From: Podarcis pityusensis
Taxonomy: Eukaryota
Assembly (NCBI GenBank): GCA_964106645.2
Contig: OZ067041.1
Direction: 5' to 3' (one strand)
Length of the DNA: 64,000 bases
Shown here: piece after piece, positions 38,170-51,974 of the stretch
Position numbering within the stretch: the stretch's first letter is position 1
Layout of the letters: the number at the start of each line of letters is the position of its first letter
Notes under the pieces: generated by a model
What the model was told of the DNA's origin: nothing
The model's input: only the letters and a program-made list of their open reading frames with translations
Databases searched by the model: none
Translations under genes and position numbers: made by a program

Positions 38170-38850
38170 CCTCTCTGTATGTGTTTGTGTGTGAATTGCA
38201 GGTGTCTATATGAGAATGTAAGTGTTTTGAATGAATGTTGTAGGGCATATGTTTCTGTTTTTAAATGTAAGTTGTTTGGAAACTTAGTTTCCAGGCAACT
38301 AATAAATCTACAGTAATTATTACTTCATGGGTTTCTTGTAGAAAGGCAAAAGGCTCCCCCCCCCCACAAGCTGAAGATGAGCTGAAAAATGGACTGTACC
38401 ATTTCAGTCTACAGGTGGGGCTTCTATGATTAAATGTTGCTCCACACAGAGAAATTCTGTATAGAATACACAAGCATGTCAGGGAGAAGTCTAGATGTCT
38501 TCCAGACTCTGCCGTTTTCCACATGTGTTGATGATTTTGCATGGAGCCATGTGAGCCCTCAGCTGCGGTCTGAAGTGGTACAGCCACTAAACATATTTAC
38601 CACTTCAAATGCTATTAGTGAGAAGTAAGGCTATGTGTAAGTTGGAAATGTCATAGGACTGACATGACTCTGAAGGTTCATTTGCATGCACTTACATCAT
38701 CAGTATTAAAGGGATCCGGTATATTTTTCCTCAGTGGAGGCAAACACTTTTATAAAGTCCACACATCATGACCTTGCACAGCCTCCATTTCTTGGACTAA
38801 ATGAAAAGCTGTGCTAAAAGAGGCCAGTTGTGACAGCAAACTTTTCCTGT

Positions 38851-38859
38851 GTCTGTCTG

Positions 38860-38902
<43 letters not shown>

Positions 38903-38906
38903 ATCT
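38851..38906. repeat. (TCTG)n/(TCTA)n microsatellite
   Basis: Directly visible. Confidence 0.95.
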
Positions 38907-41204
38907 AATTACCAGAGAACTAATTACCAGAAGTCTGGTCACTAGTGATGAAAAGGCACATTTTTAGTGAATGTAAGACCAAGGTAAACAATACTGTTTG
39001 CTCTATTTGCATTAATGACTAAACTTTGCTTGCTACTTAATTTGGAACAGCTGTGAAAGAAATTATTGTCCGCCCCTTCTGTTTCTCCAGAAGAAACCCT
39101 CTAAGCATTCATCTTAAGTCAAGATGGTTTAAAGTTCAATAAGTTGTACTTGTTTTCCTTTTTGTATTGATTACACCCTAGTGTATATTTTGAGTACAAT
39201 ATAGTGCATTATCTGCCTGTCTGTCTGTCTGTCTGTCTATCTATCTGGGTCTTGTTGTCTATGTACTGTTAATGTTTAATAGGCCAGAATCTCAATTTAC
39301 TGTATATAAGTTAAAACAAAGGTCTAACTAGGGGGTAAATTTTACCCCTCCCCCCCGCCAACATACCTGTGCTTCCATTTTATTCAAGTTTCAGCTTAGC
39401 CATCAGAATTTATCTGATAAACTGTGCAAAGCAAATTCACATACAAAGCGGTGTGTAAATGAATATATTTTTGACTATGTATTTACCCCTCCAGTACTTT
39501 GGAGGGCTTTTTTGTATGTCAGGGGTGGGGAACCTCCCTTGATATGCCAGGAGCTCTAACGTGCCTTCAAGGCAATTTTACCTAAACTATGCCACCTGTC
39601 AATCAGCTGATGTTATGGATGGGGGCAGGGTTCAATTCTACATCAGCAGTGCGATTTAACGCCCTACTCATTGACTGATGAGACAATTGGAAAGAAATCT
39701 ATCCTTCTCTCCTATTTTTTAGGGGAGACTGCTTGCAAAAGAAATCATATTAGGCAAAATTAAATTCAAAAATGTCCATAATATGAGAAATGCACACTAA
39801 AATGCTGACATTGAGGACCTTTTTATAAACACAAGCTGATGTGGTGATCTGAACTTAAAACTGTAAAAGTGAGAAACTGAGAGAAACCAAAACTGACAGA
39901 AACATAAGAAGAGCTTGCTGGATCAGGCCTGTGACTTTCGTATCTCCACTGGCTGTTGTTATTCCTTATATATCTAGATAACTCTTTTGTTTTATTCACT
40001 GAATGACTATTGTTTTAAATAACTAACTAGCCTTATGAACCAAGGAGTGCATGCTAGAAACCCCAAAGATGCTTTTCTCTTCTTTTTAAAGAACACAATG
40101 TCTTCATCGATAACATTGCTATAGTTATTATGTTATAGAAAAGTAGCTCACGTAACAGAGGCTGGTGCCACTCTTCATGCTACCAAAGACATGTTTTTTA
40201 AAGAAACATATAAAGCAATTTTTGCACTGATGCTAAATTGCTTAGAAAAGTTTATCCTGTTTCTCTGAGCCTCAATAGAATAATAATGCTTAAGGCCTCT
40301 TTGAAAAGCTTGTGTGCCTAATTTCCAAGGCAATTAAGATCCTCAGATGACAAGACGAAGTCATTTTTATTTTTTCTGCCTGCCTGCCTTAATTGTCTTA
40401 GGATTGATGTGAATAGAAAAGCAAAGTTTCTTTATCACATCACCGCATCCACCTTCCTATTTAATGTTCCAAATTTGGCACAATACATTGTTTGCACACC
40501 ACATATATTTCTTTGCTACCGTGGGCAAAAATAGTCTTTTTAGGACAAGCAGTTTTCTCCTTTCGTTTGCACTCTCCTGTGCCCCATAAAAGTCTGCTCC
40601 AGGGAGTTTTTTTGGGGGGGGGGACTTCTAAAATAGGTTGAGAGGGAACTGTGAAGGAATGGGGAATTGGTAAAAATTTTGCCCCTCCCCTTCTGCCAAA
40701 GGAGTTTCTACTGGATTGGAGTCCCTTCCCTGAACCCTTGCATGCACTGAAGTTCAATTTGAGATCTAAATCAATGGGATTTATTTATGAGAAAAATATA
40801 TTTAGGAGGAAGCTGAAAGTGAACTGCGGTGTCTGGAAAACTAACTAATTTGGAGAGCAACCTATACACAGGAAGCTGGTATAAAGCAAGCCTAGTGTAG
40901 GTTTGGTGGCATAAGTACACCAAATCTGCTTACACTGGAGCAGGGCTACTTTTGGTCAAAGCCTGGCAAAGGGAAAACAAGCCTTTAAAAGAGTGTTTGA
41001 GTTGCATTATGTTTTTCATGGCTTCACCTATCAACCTCTTGCCAGATCAGTGACTTAGCTGAAAGAACTCAAAATCCAGCCGCCTGGAACACCCCTTTCC
41101 AAGGCTTATACCACCTTGAGATCCACTAGGTTTGGGTCGGTCCACTGGGTTCTGACTGAGCTGATATAAGCAATTTTTTAAAAATGTAATATAAACACTA
41201 ACAA

Positions 41205-41501
41205 TTGGGAAACACTTGCCTGTGAGTGCTCCAATTAGAGAACAGCCTTTACCAAAGGTGTCATGGGCTTTGAAGACACTCGAACGCAGGATGCAAGGGA
41301 GAAACGTGCTAAGAGGAAGGCCAGATTGGCAAATCCACACCGTGATCAACTCCTACCCAACTCCAAACCAATGTCCCCACAGTGGAAGGACGTGTGGATC
41401 CAGAATTGGCCTCCACAGTCACTTACGGACTCATTGTTAAAACCGTGTTAATGGAAGAGAATCTTACCTGGCTATGAGTGATCGCCAAAGAACAAGAAGA
41501 A
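41205..41501 (+). mobile_element. RTE-clade LINE 3' fragment
   Basis: Frameshifted ORF end REKRAKRKAR..CPHSGRTCGSRIGLHSHLRTH (RTE C-terminal C2H2-like motif), short 3' UTR and (GAA)-type tail. Confidence 0.85.
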
Positions 41502-41576
41502 AGATGGGAGATCCTGTATGCTGGTGTTCCTCCTGCTGAGCAGAGAATGAGGTAGTTAAGCTAGCATAGCTTTGCT

Positions 41577-41691
41577 CAGCGCTATTTTTCTAGAAAATGA
41601 ACTTCTCCCTTGTTTTCTTCTAATGGCAATGGCACCCATCTGAGTGGTGCCAGAGCTGAGCTCCGGTGAGCTCCAGCTGAAAAATGCTCTG
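41577..41691. mobile_element. Short hAT-type MITE
   Basis: Ends CAGCGCTATTTTTC / GAAAAATGCTCTG; 8-bp TSD GCTTTGCT (41569-41576) and ACTTTGCT (41692-41699). Confidence 0.7.
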
Positions 41692-43377
41692 ACTTTGCTG
41701 TCACCAGGAACCTCTCTTCTTAGCTGGAGATCCACTGGATCCGAACCCTGCTCATCCCAGCTGAAAGTTTCATAATATTTTTAAAAATTAGAAATATAAG
41801 CAATCAAGAAGTCACAAACTGAGACAGAAAGACATCTCACCAGAAGAAAGAGATGCTGAACTTCTGTGCAGACATTTGGAGATGGCAATAGATCCCATTA
41901 AAAATATCCAGCCCTGTTCTTTGATGTCCTGTAATTTTTATGTTACTTATGTATTTAAAAGATTTATAAGCCACCTTCTGAGATAAAACACTACTCTCAC
42001 AAGATAGATTCAATCTAAAAACAAAACCCAGTAAAACATATTACATTTTTTTAAAAAGAAAATACTTAAATGATAAATATATAAAACCAACTTAATACCA
42101 TTTAAGACCAGCTAAGTATTAAAAACCTTAGAGCCATTTTAAAATCCTGTAGGACCACAATAGTGTTTATGAAAAAGCAGCCTGAATCAGATGAATCTTT
42201 AATGCCTGCTTAAAGGTCTGCAAGGAAGGGGCCATCCATGAATTCTCAAGAAGGTTGTGCAACCTTGGGACCATCACTGGGACCTCCCCCCCCCCCTGCT
42301 CCCTCAGCAACCTAGTTGATTGCATTGATGGCTGTTGGGCATATAGGGAGATAGATCTTAAAGCATCGGCAGGCTTTACAGTTGAAAGCAGTACTTCAGG
42401 TAATCTGGCCCCAAATAACTTCCCAATCCCTAGGACACTTCATACATTCCAGTTTTCTAAATCCCACAGGGAGCCTCCTCTATGCAACAGACATGGTATT
42501 GAATATGATGACAGCAACAGTAGGAGCAAGTGCAGCTTTGGGGATAAGGCTAAATTTGTGGCCCTGAGCCTGCTTTGAACACGCTTATCCTCTATGTATA
42601 ACATGTGAAGAAAGCTTATCACATTACTTAAAGAGTAAGAATTGTGCAAATGTCTCAAAATATTAATATTATATTTTCATCTAAGGAGATTTTTTTTTTT
42701 TGTTTCCTGTGCTAATGAAAAGCATTTAAAAACACTTTATGAAATTATCATTGGCATGTCTCCTTCTTCTAAATGGTGGTTTAATGAAGCCTTCTTCAGG
42801 GGGCAGAGCCATACAATTATCTCCATAATCACTGCTGACCTTTTAAAATATTTTCCATGTCTACAGATCTAATATTTCATTTGTCAAACATGAAAGGTGG
42901 AATTCATTTTTTTTTAATGAAGAAGGGAAGTGCAGCACCTGCGTTGCAAATCTACAACCCACTTAAACCCACAAAAGCAGCAATTAAATGAATCCAAGAG
43001 GCAGAAAGACCTGAAACAAGACCTTTACCCCAGAAAAGAACAATCACAATGAGTGTAATTCTTAATCTTGAAGTGTTTACTCAAGATTGTATCATGGCCA
43101 GAGTCTGCTTTTGCCATTCTTGGCAAAGGGTGAGAGTTGACTGGCTCTGGAACAGGACAAAATCTGGGGAAGGTACCAAGAGATAATGCCAGCACATCCA
43201 AAGGCACAGGGACCAGTCAGAAGAATATTGGGTAACATATACATGTAATGTTTGGAAAGGACCACATGGGGAAAGGTGGTGAATCTGCGCCTCTCCAAGT
43301 GTTTCAAAGAGCCACAGATTCCTCAACTCAGGTAGACACTCCTAGAGTATAGTTGTGTTGCCCTTGAACAGTGTCCA

Positions 43378-43984
43378 TGTCAGGCTTTGGGGAATTGGCT
43401 TCCTCCCCTGTGGCAGTAAATAAGAAGAGATCAAACAAAAGGAACTTCTTACCAGTTAGATTCATTAGTAATCACAGTGAGAGACAAAAGAATCCATCTA
43501 CCTAGAATGGCAGTGCTTCCAATTAAGGCTCCCCTCCCCTCCATCCCTGTTAATCTACATCACTCCTATGTCTTGTAATCTGACCTTGTACCCTCTGCAC
43601 TTTCTGTTCTGAGACTTACTGAGCTCTTCTCGACCTTGGGGAAGGTGCTGGAGGAATGCTGTCCAAAGACCGTGAATAACCCTCTCTCTTCCAGTGTTTC
43701 TTCTCCTAGCTGTTCTCCATCCAGGATTTCCCAGCTTCTGCCTTCTGAACTGTTACGGTAAAATCTGGGTGCGAGGCTACTCTGCCACCCAGCTCGTCGG
43801 ACTAAGTCCGCGGGTCCCTGCGGAAGAAAATGAACTCAGCCGGAGACAGGAGCAAACTGCAGAAGATCCAAGTTTATTGCGCAACAGGTTCAAGATGAGA
43901 TTGAACAGTGAGAAAGGGGTGACATGAACTTTTGAAATTTCCCTCCATGTCCCAGAATACAGTGCAAAATACATCCCAGTTACA
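43378..43984 (-). mobile_element. Probable solo LTR, carrying an internal foreign insert at 43751-43887
   Basis: Bounded by TGTCA and TTACA; composition differs from flanks; no clean TSD found, so boundaries are uncertain. Confidence 0.35.
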
Positions 43985-44331
43985 TCATGAATACATTAAG
44001 AAGAGGTTGGGTCACACAGGATTAACATATGGAGGAGGTAGGGGGGAATATGCAGAGCTGGAGATATGCGCAGATAAGCACATCCTGAGTACCTGATGAG
44101 AAGACAATGGTCCATGTATGCATGGTCTGCCACCTGGCCTTGCCCGGAGGAAAGGCTTGGCAGAGTGATTTGACAGGATTAGGGTCTTGACACCTTGCTT
44201 GAGGGATTATGGAGGACAGGGGAGGTGTCATGGAGTCCTAGAGAAATTGAGCAAATTGGCACGTTGATTTTCTATGAATTTTATAGATTTTAGTCCCTTT
44301 TGACATTGACAATTGGAAATAAATGGATATA

Positions 44332-44534
44332 TTGTAGCGAAGAAGGAGGTGAAGAAGACATGCCCCCCCTTCCGTATCAGAACTATGCCCCTCTGCAAAC
44401 CACTGTTCCAAATCTATACTGTCCTGGGAAGATTCAGGATCAGGATCCTGGGAAGATTCAGGATCAGGATCAGGGGGAGGGGTGGCTCCCACCATTCTTC
44501 CTCAGTTCAGCCCTCCTCAGCACGGTCCCTGACA
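44332..44534 (-). mobile_element. LTR-like terminal fragment with 24-bp tandem duplication
   Basis: Minus strand begins TGTCAGGGACCG; TCCTGGGAAGATTCAGGATCAGGA occurs twice (about 44422-44469). Confidence 0.45.
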
Positions 44535-45111
44535 GTCCACCAGGGTGAAGAATACAAGATAGAGTGCTGCTATTACTTTGCAACATGTTGCATAGTTGAG
44601 AACATTAAGGTCTAGCAGTCCAAGGAACACATCAGAGGTGGGTCAATCACCCCCTAGTAAAATTCATTTTAATTCATTTAAAAATGTTGATACATTTCAG
44701 CAGAACTTTCAGTCATGGCATGTTGGTACGCATGAGAATCAAGAGAGGATTACAAATCAGGAGGTCTAAGTAGCCAAAGTCTCAATGAAACAGAATCTTG
44801 AGAGTTGTACGAGGCGTGAGGCTTGTGGAAACATACTAACAAGCTACGCATTTATTAAGCCTAAATCAGGACAAATGAAACATGCTGTCTCCCTTTCCAT
44901 CTCCTCCTCAGAGAGAGAGTCAAAAGCAAAAGCTATACACAGCGGAAGTTCCCAGCAAACTGTGCTGGAATGTAAACAGACGTGTGACATGTAACAATCT
45001 CACATGTCTGCAACTTAAGGTGGAATGGGATTTCCCAACAGTTACCACAAGTAACACACTGGGGTAGAAGGATTGTATCTCACCCTACACTCATCAGCTG
45101 ATATTATCTAG

Positions 45112-45298
45112 CAGGAGTGCCAACTTGAATAAAATATTGTTGGGGGGGCAGGTAAGTCCTGCCCTGATTAATTGATCACAAGTCGCAGCACACGCACCAT
45201 TTGAATGAATGGTAATGCCCATCAACTTTTTCGGGGGGCCCTCAAATATTTTATTTGGGCGCTGAAGGGACCTCGGCCCCTAGGAGTTGGCTTCTATG
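45112..45298. mobile_element. hAT-type MITE nested in an older DNA-transposon remnant
   Basis: Ends CAGGAGTGCCAACT / AGTTGGCTTCTATG; degenerate 8-bp TSD TTATCTAG / TTACCCAG; related to 61753-61882. Confidence 0.65.
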
Positions 45299-46629
45299 TT
45301 ACCCAGTGATACCAGCTGATTGACAGGTGGGCATGGTTGGGAGAAAATGGCCTTGTGGGCCAAGACTGGCTTGCAAGTCAGAGTTTTCCCAGCCTGCAGT
45401 AGTCCAAATATAAGTAAAAGATCAGCATATCTTGTCCCCAAAAACCCGCTCTTATACCAACAGGTGGTTTGCTTTATTGCAGGTAGTAATCCAACCTGGC
45501 AAAAGGTATTTGTTGATTAGGACATGGATGGAACAGTAATTTTACTCACTGCTATCTATGGCAAATGTCCATTTTTATCTGTTATAGCCACTGTTTGCAG
45601 CAAGTTCATTCAAGAAAAGTGTACATTCATATTAAATAATGGAAAATACACATGATAACTAAATTTCCGTTGTCCTTTGTTGGGATTATGGAGGAAGATA
45701 ATTAAAAGAGATTTTCCTGAGATTTTCCATGTGTTTCTGAATGTTATAAGTGGTTTGGAGATTGAAGCCCGTGGTTTTTTGTGGTAGATGCCATCATACC
45801 ACGGTAAAGATTAACATTGCTTTATGAAGATACCTGATTTATAAGAGGTAAGACATGATAGTTGGTTCACATTTCTGATTTACAACATAGTATTTCTTCT
45901 AAGTCATGCTGCTGATCTGAGAATCAGATTAGTCCTTTTCTTTTGTGTATACATATTTAGATTATTAAAAAAATGGGCTGATTTGATTGTTTTCTGAATC
46001 ATGGCTTTAGATATCTTAGCTGAAAGCCACATGGCCTTCCTCTTTCAAAACAGTTTCCCCAAGGTTATGAATTCTTTCCTAATTTCGTGACTTTGAAACC
46101 TTTCTATTTTATTTTATTCTCTGTTTATGCTATTTCAGAGATAATTTCATTGACTTTCCAGAATCTTCTTTTGCCAAATATCAAGGTTATCAATATACTA
46201 AAATGCACTGTACTTGTCCCATCAGCAAACTTTTTTTTTAAACTTTTGCTGATAACAGCAATATTTCTCAAATCTGTTAATACAGTGGAGAAAGGAATGA
46301 ATATTGCCATAGATAGGACTCATTATTTTATGTAGAAACACAATCTCTGAAGTGTCTAGAAGTCACAAGCTGGAAAGTAGATTGACTTCATGTATTGTAT
46401 TGTATTGTATTGTATTGTTTTGTTTCTCTCTCTCTTTCTCATTTTTCTTCTGGTAAACTCTGGCAAAGGTGGCATACATGGAGTTAATAATTTAAAGTAT
46501 TTAGGATTGCATCCAAAGCAGTGTTAAGTCACTGGCCTGTTAGTGCAAGGATTTCCACTTGCACAACTGGATGCCCTACCTTCAAGTGGTAGGCAGTATA
46601 TACTTTAGTTTTTGTTTAGTTTGTTTAGT

Positions 46630-46810
46630 TTTTATTTCATTTACATCCCACCTTGCCTACAAAGAGCTCAGGATGATGTCCTGTTTTATTCTCACAGCAA
46701 CCCTGTGAGGTAGGTTTGGCTGAGAGAATGTGATTGGCCCAAGGTAGTCCATGGCCAAGCAGGGATCATTATAACCCAGATCTCCCAGGCACTCACTAGT
46801 CCATGCTGGC
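46630..46810 (-). mobile_element. MIR/CORE-type SINE
   Basis: TTTATTCTCACAGCAACCCTGTGAGGTAGGTTTGGCTGAGAG..TGGCCCAAGG, the reverse of the core at 25920-25990. Confidence 0.7.
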
Positions 46811-48686
46811 TAGATTCAATCCTCACTGCAACCTTACAACGTAACGTAGACATTGCACATGAGAGCAGTAAGAGTCTTAGAATCATCAGTAGGTTACAGA
46901 AATCATCAGTAGGAATAGCAAGATTAAGCAAAGTGAGGGAAGAAGAATATGTTTTGTTAGAAAAAAGCATGAGGAAAAATTAAATTTTAGGAGTCTGAAA
47001 GCAATATAGATGTCACACAAGGTGCAATTTTGCAGAGAAAGTGGCTCGTGCAAGGCCATACAGTGAACTCCATGGCTGGGCAAGGATCTGAGCCCAGGGA
47101 CTCAGCTAGATTGGTAAAGAAAAAAGCCCAGGTTTCTCTAATCCATGCCCAGCACTCTGCCCACTAAACACCACACTGGGTCTCAAACTATGACATGCAG
47201 TAGTGGTGATTTGTTCCACCCACCTTGAGTAATAGTACTAAGATAGTAAGCAGGCTTGTTTTGATAAGCTGTAAGCTACATTTAAAAAATAGGGCTGGTC
47301 AACTAATGCAAGAGAGGGAGAAGGAGAAGGAGAAGGAGAAGAAGAAGGAGGAGGAGGAGGAGAGCAGGTGCCATGAGAACTGCCAGTTAAATTCTGTGTC
47401 CTTTATGGTGAGTTTGCTAGCAGCTCTAGGTGACCCTGCCAAATAGCAAGCATCTCGTGATTCTCCTGCAGGCATTCTTGTGTAGATTAGAAGCTGAATG
47501 TCACACAGTCAGCTGGGTTTTAGGCACGCCGGATGCCTGAGACTGGTCTTTCTTGGCAGCCAGCTGGAAACACCATTTCTATTGAAATATGCACCTCTGG
47601 CTCCCCTCTTTTATGAAGCCTTCGACTGCACATCTCAATCCTCACCCATAATATAAATGAAACGAATTCTTGGCGCTCTTACTTGCACGTATCCCTTATT
47701 AACCTTTTCTCTTCCTTCTCTTTGTTCTCTCTCACCCATGCCCTCTGAATTTAAATCACACACTGTATTTATGCTACTCTATAACATGCTGTGTGAACTG
47801 ATGCTATATGGCTTTATAATCCTTTCACACAACATGCCCTGTTCTTGCTCACCCCACACAGGGAGGGAAAGAGGAGACAGGCAGGTTTTTTGGCCTCTCA
47901 TAGAGGGAATGCTGTTGAAAGCAATGGAGGATAAACCCGGAGGTTTGAGCAAGAGAAAAAATATAATGGAGGGGAAACAATACAATGTGATACAGATTTA
48001 TGACCAGGAGTACCTGCATCATTCTGTTCAAATGTCTGCCAACCTGCTTCTTTACTACCACATATCCATGTACTAGATATACATCTTATTTGAAGCATGG
48101 AATAAGGCAGGGACGGCGAACATGTGGCTATGCCAAGTCCCACCAACTGCAGCCACATGGCTAATGTTCCAGGTAAGTCCAAGAACATAATCAGGGTCCA
48201 CCAGTTTCCCATCCTTGGAATAAGGACCTTCTCCCTCAACTGTTTTGCTCTTGCTTCTGTAGGAGACCTGTGAAAAAAACACAGTTGCCTTATTTTTCAT
48301 ATGAGCCTTTAAAAAAAAAAAAAGAATTTAATGAGTAGCTTGACTAGGCAAAGGTTGCTCAACCTTTTACGTCTAATGCTCACTAGAGAGCATTTTAAAA
48401 CCACAGTCCTTGGCAAATGAGAAACTCAAAACATTCACAACAAGAACTCCAGTTAAAGACATGACTCATTAATGAGTAGTTCATATGGCGGAGAATCAAG
48501 GAATGTGTTCTCATTGTGTGGAACTACACTCCTTCAAGAGAAAACTATCCTTGCCAAGTTACTGACCCTCCCCCCCCCCCCTCAGTCTGTGTGATGCCAG
48601 ACAGGCAGCACTTGTTTGTACCAGGTTCCTGTTTTGGAGAATGAAAGAACTACCATTCCTTTGAAACATGTAAAATATATTGTATG

Positions 48687-48870
48687 TAAGGTAAAGGACC
48701 CCTGGATGGTTAAGTCCAGTTAAAGGCGACTATTGGGTGTGGTGCTCATCTCACTTTTCAGGCCGAGGGAGCCGGCGTTTGTCCACAGACAGCTTTCCGG
48801 GTCATGCGGCCAGCATGACTAAACCACTTCTGGCACAACGGACAGAAACCAGAGCGCATGGAAACGCCGT
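48687..48870 (-). mobile_element. 5'-truncated Sauria SINE
   Basis: AAGGTAAAGGACCCC..GGCCGAGGGAGCCGGCG..GGAAACGCCGT; TSD TTGTATG at 48680-48686 and 48871-48877. Confidence 0.88.
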
Positions 48871-48884
48871 TTGTATGCAGAGCA

Positions 48885-49078
48885 AAGGAGCATGGAAGCT
48901 GCCTCACAGAGTCAGACTAGTGGTACATCTAGCTCAGTCTTGTCCACACTGACTGGCAGTGTCTCTCTAGGGTTTCAGGCAGGAGTTCTCCCCAGCCCTA
49001 CCTGGAGATGCTGAGGAATTAAAGATGAGACCTGCTGCCTGCAAAGGCAGTGCAAAACACTGAGCGATGGCTTTTCCC
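48885..49078 (-). mobile_element. Squam3-like SINE, near full length
   Basis: GGAAGCTGCCT..GAGTCAGAC..CATCTAGCTCAGT..CACTGACTGGCAG..CCCAGCCCTACCTGGAGATGC..CACTGAGCGATGGC. Confidence 0.8.
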
Positions 49079-51933
49079 TGAGGAGGTGGAGAGGAAGATC
49101 TGTGGCTCTTTCGGTGTCCCTGGATTATAATGCTCAGCAGTCATGCTCATCGGCCATGCTGACTGGGACTGATGGGAGCTGGAGTCTGATAATGTTTGAA
49201 GAGCCTACAGGCACCCACTCTAAGGTGTCAGTGCTGTGGGCAACCACACCCAAGTCCCAAAGGTGCACTTTCCAGTTCAGAATCTCTGAAGTCCATAGTC
49301 TGAGTGAGGCAATGCAGTGCTCCCTAGACCCCGCAATACAGAAGGCCAGAGCATAATGCTTATACTAGCCAATCCCAAGGCTCTGTGCTTTCTGCCAGTC
49401 ACACGGTCTAATGTTGCACATCCCTAGTCTCAAAGTGGGCTCTGAAGCTTTATCATATATAGTCAATGGTAGCTCACTAGGCTAGCTCCTTGCTGTAGAT
49501 CCTAAGGTTCCTAATTAAAATCCTAGAGTGCTTTATATGAGAGAAACAGTCTTATGGGGTCGGGATATAGACTTCTCCTGTAGCTCCTCTACTCCCAGCA
49601 CTGGTTTGAACCAGCCACTGCAGAGGCACATAATTGCAGGGGAAGAAAAGATTAGTCGTATACTGTTGAACCTCAAAGGATTGGTTTGGGTTCCATTGGA
49701 AGCACTGCCCCAAAGTTCAGGCCAGTTCTTTTTTTATATCTCATTTGTGACTCCTTTAAACATTTACCTTGATTTCAGTCATACCGAGAGATTGACAGCA
49801 TGGTGCAAAGCTCTAATAAGGCATATCTCTGTGGCTTCATGTGCTCTGCAGCTCACTTTGAAAGCGGGCACCGCTGAATGTTTCTAATGGCCAGCTGAGT
49901 TAAACTGATGAGGCTACCAATGCCAGCTCGAGTTTGATGTAAGAATCCCGTACTGTTTAAACCAAAAATACCATGGAGCGGGGAGGGATTTGCAGTCATA
50001 GGCAACCTGTGCAGCAACCTGTGATATTATGACTCACTTCATTTGTCAGAAAAATGCATTGAATGCCATCTGGTTCAGGCACTTGGTTTTATCAGAGGCC
50101 ACTGTGGAGCCGGCATGGGGAGAGGGCAGATGCAGCAGAAGTGGCAGATCCAGCCTCCAAGCAATCTGCCTCTGCTGTTGCTGCCACCGTGGCAGCAGCC
50201 AATGCATTCCTTTGAGGCTGGGTCTGCTGTCCTGCACCTCGCTGATGTCTATCACTGTCCAATAAACTTTCATAATGATGATCATTTTGCTATGACATAA
50301 CCAACCCTGCAATACTTGCAATATTTCCTTGAAGGCACTAGAGCCTATCTAGACAATATATGGTTGCTGGCAGAATATGCATAGGGGTCAGGATCACTCC
50401 TCCTCCATTTCTATATGTCTTCCTACATATGTTCATTATAACATCTGTACAGAGACAACTTTGTTCATAAATTATGATGTGTTTGTTATGATCAGTAAGA
50501 GACACTGGGTTTCAGCTAAGTCATACGCTGAAATCTAAGTACTTGATTATATTAAATACATTGATTTTCATGCGTCTTTTCTGAGTATGACTTAGCTGGA
50601 TACAACCTAGGACCAGTTGGCAAGATCCTGACCTCCTTTGCACATCTTGAGTCAATGCACATATATCATCTGAAGCAAAGCAGCATAACATCAAATGGAG
50701 TCAGATGGAAAGTGAAGAATATCACCTTAGAATTTCACTGCAAATTCTTAGAATATAAGATGAACCTCTCATCTAAATCAGGCAATGGTTCCTTAGGAGC
50801 AATTCATTGGGGCAGGCAGGCAAATAAAGTAAACACTTTCTGTTTTGGCAACAGCTGGAAGGAAAATATTTTTTAGGGTCTTGAGGCTTTGCTTCCCTGC
50901 GGCTTGGAGTCATTGTTAACTGGGTAATGAGAGTGTCAAATGTTATCAGACTATAATGTGAGTGAATACAGTTCTGACAGGTAGAAATGACTTTACTAGG
51001 AATCTGGCAGTGAAGACATTGACCTTTTTTAATGGACTGGCATAGCAAGTTCCAGCTCCAAATGGTGGTAGCTTAGTCAGCTATCCTTAGGTTGAATGGA
51101 TTGCTAGATAACTGGCTGGTATTAGAGGTAGATGCTTAATTTGTACCAAGCTCACCAGGGCTCAGAAGCTGTTCCCAGTGCTAAGAATCACATCAAGACA
51201 CCATAAAGTAGTATTAGGTGCTTTCTGAACACGTGCTGTGTTCTCCCTTTCATGGAGGAACCACAACCTTCCACCTCACTTTTGAGATTTGGAAGTAGGG
51301 CTTCGAGGTAAGATTGTCTCCTTGTTTTAAGGAAATAAACTACTGCACAGTTGCCTGCAACTAGGGTAGTAACAAATCCTCTCAGTGTTAGGGTGGCCAC
51401 ACACACCGGGGTTGACAACATGTCACCTGTAGGTGCAGTGGTATGCTTAAGGTCTTCCCCAGGTGCCCACAAATCTGCGAACCACTCCCACCCTTACTCA
51501 CTGCCTCTTTGGTCTTAAGGTGGTATGGTTGGTTACCCCTTTCTCCCTTGAAAAGTACATAGAGCTGAAGCTGAAGGAGGAAGTTGGATGCGTGATGCTG
51601 TTTCCCACTTCCTCTTTCAGCTTTTCATGGCTGAGATTAATTCAATGGCTTTTACCCAGGTCTCATAGAAAAGCAAAGTGTGCATGTGTGCCTGCTCTCT
51701 TTCTTTCTTGGAGGGGGGACTGATCTGGAGGAAGAGAGAGGGAAATAACCAGAGGAGGTGGCACCCACAGTACTTGCTCAAAAGTGTTCACACGCCTAAA
51801 GAGGCTAGTGACACCTGACATACACGTTGCCAAAAAGACCATAAATCCACCTAGACCCTGGACATTTTGGAGGATATACAATGTTGGCCAGACTGCCAGC
51901 AGAATTGCTGTTGCTGCCAACCTTGCTCCTCCC

Positions 51934-51974
51934 GAGAGAGAGAGAGAGAGAGAGAGAGGGGGAGGGAGAGAGAG
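51934..51974. repeat. (GA)n polypurine tract
   Basis: Directly visible. Confidence 0.9.

Noticed and set aside
41548-41556. let-7-like TGAGGTAGT
   Set aside because: Only 9 nt match; the rest of the mature sequence and the precursor hairpin are absent.
44093-44155. Hammerhead ribozyme (CTGATGA ... GAAA)
   Set aside because: I could not build stems I-III around the core motifs.
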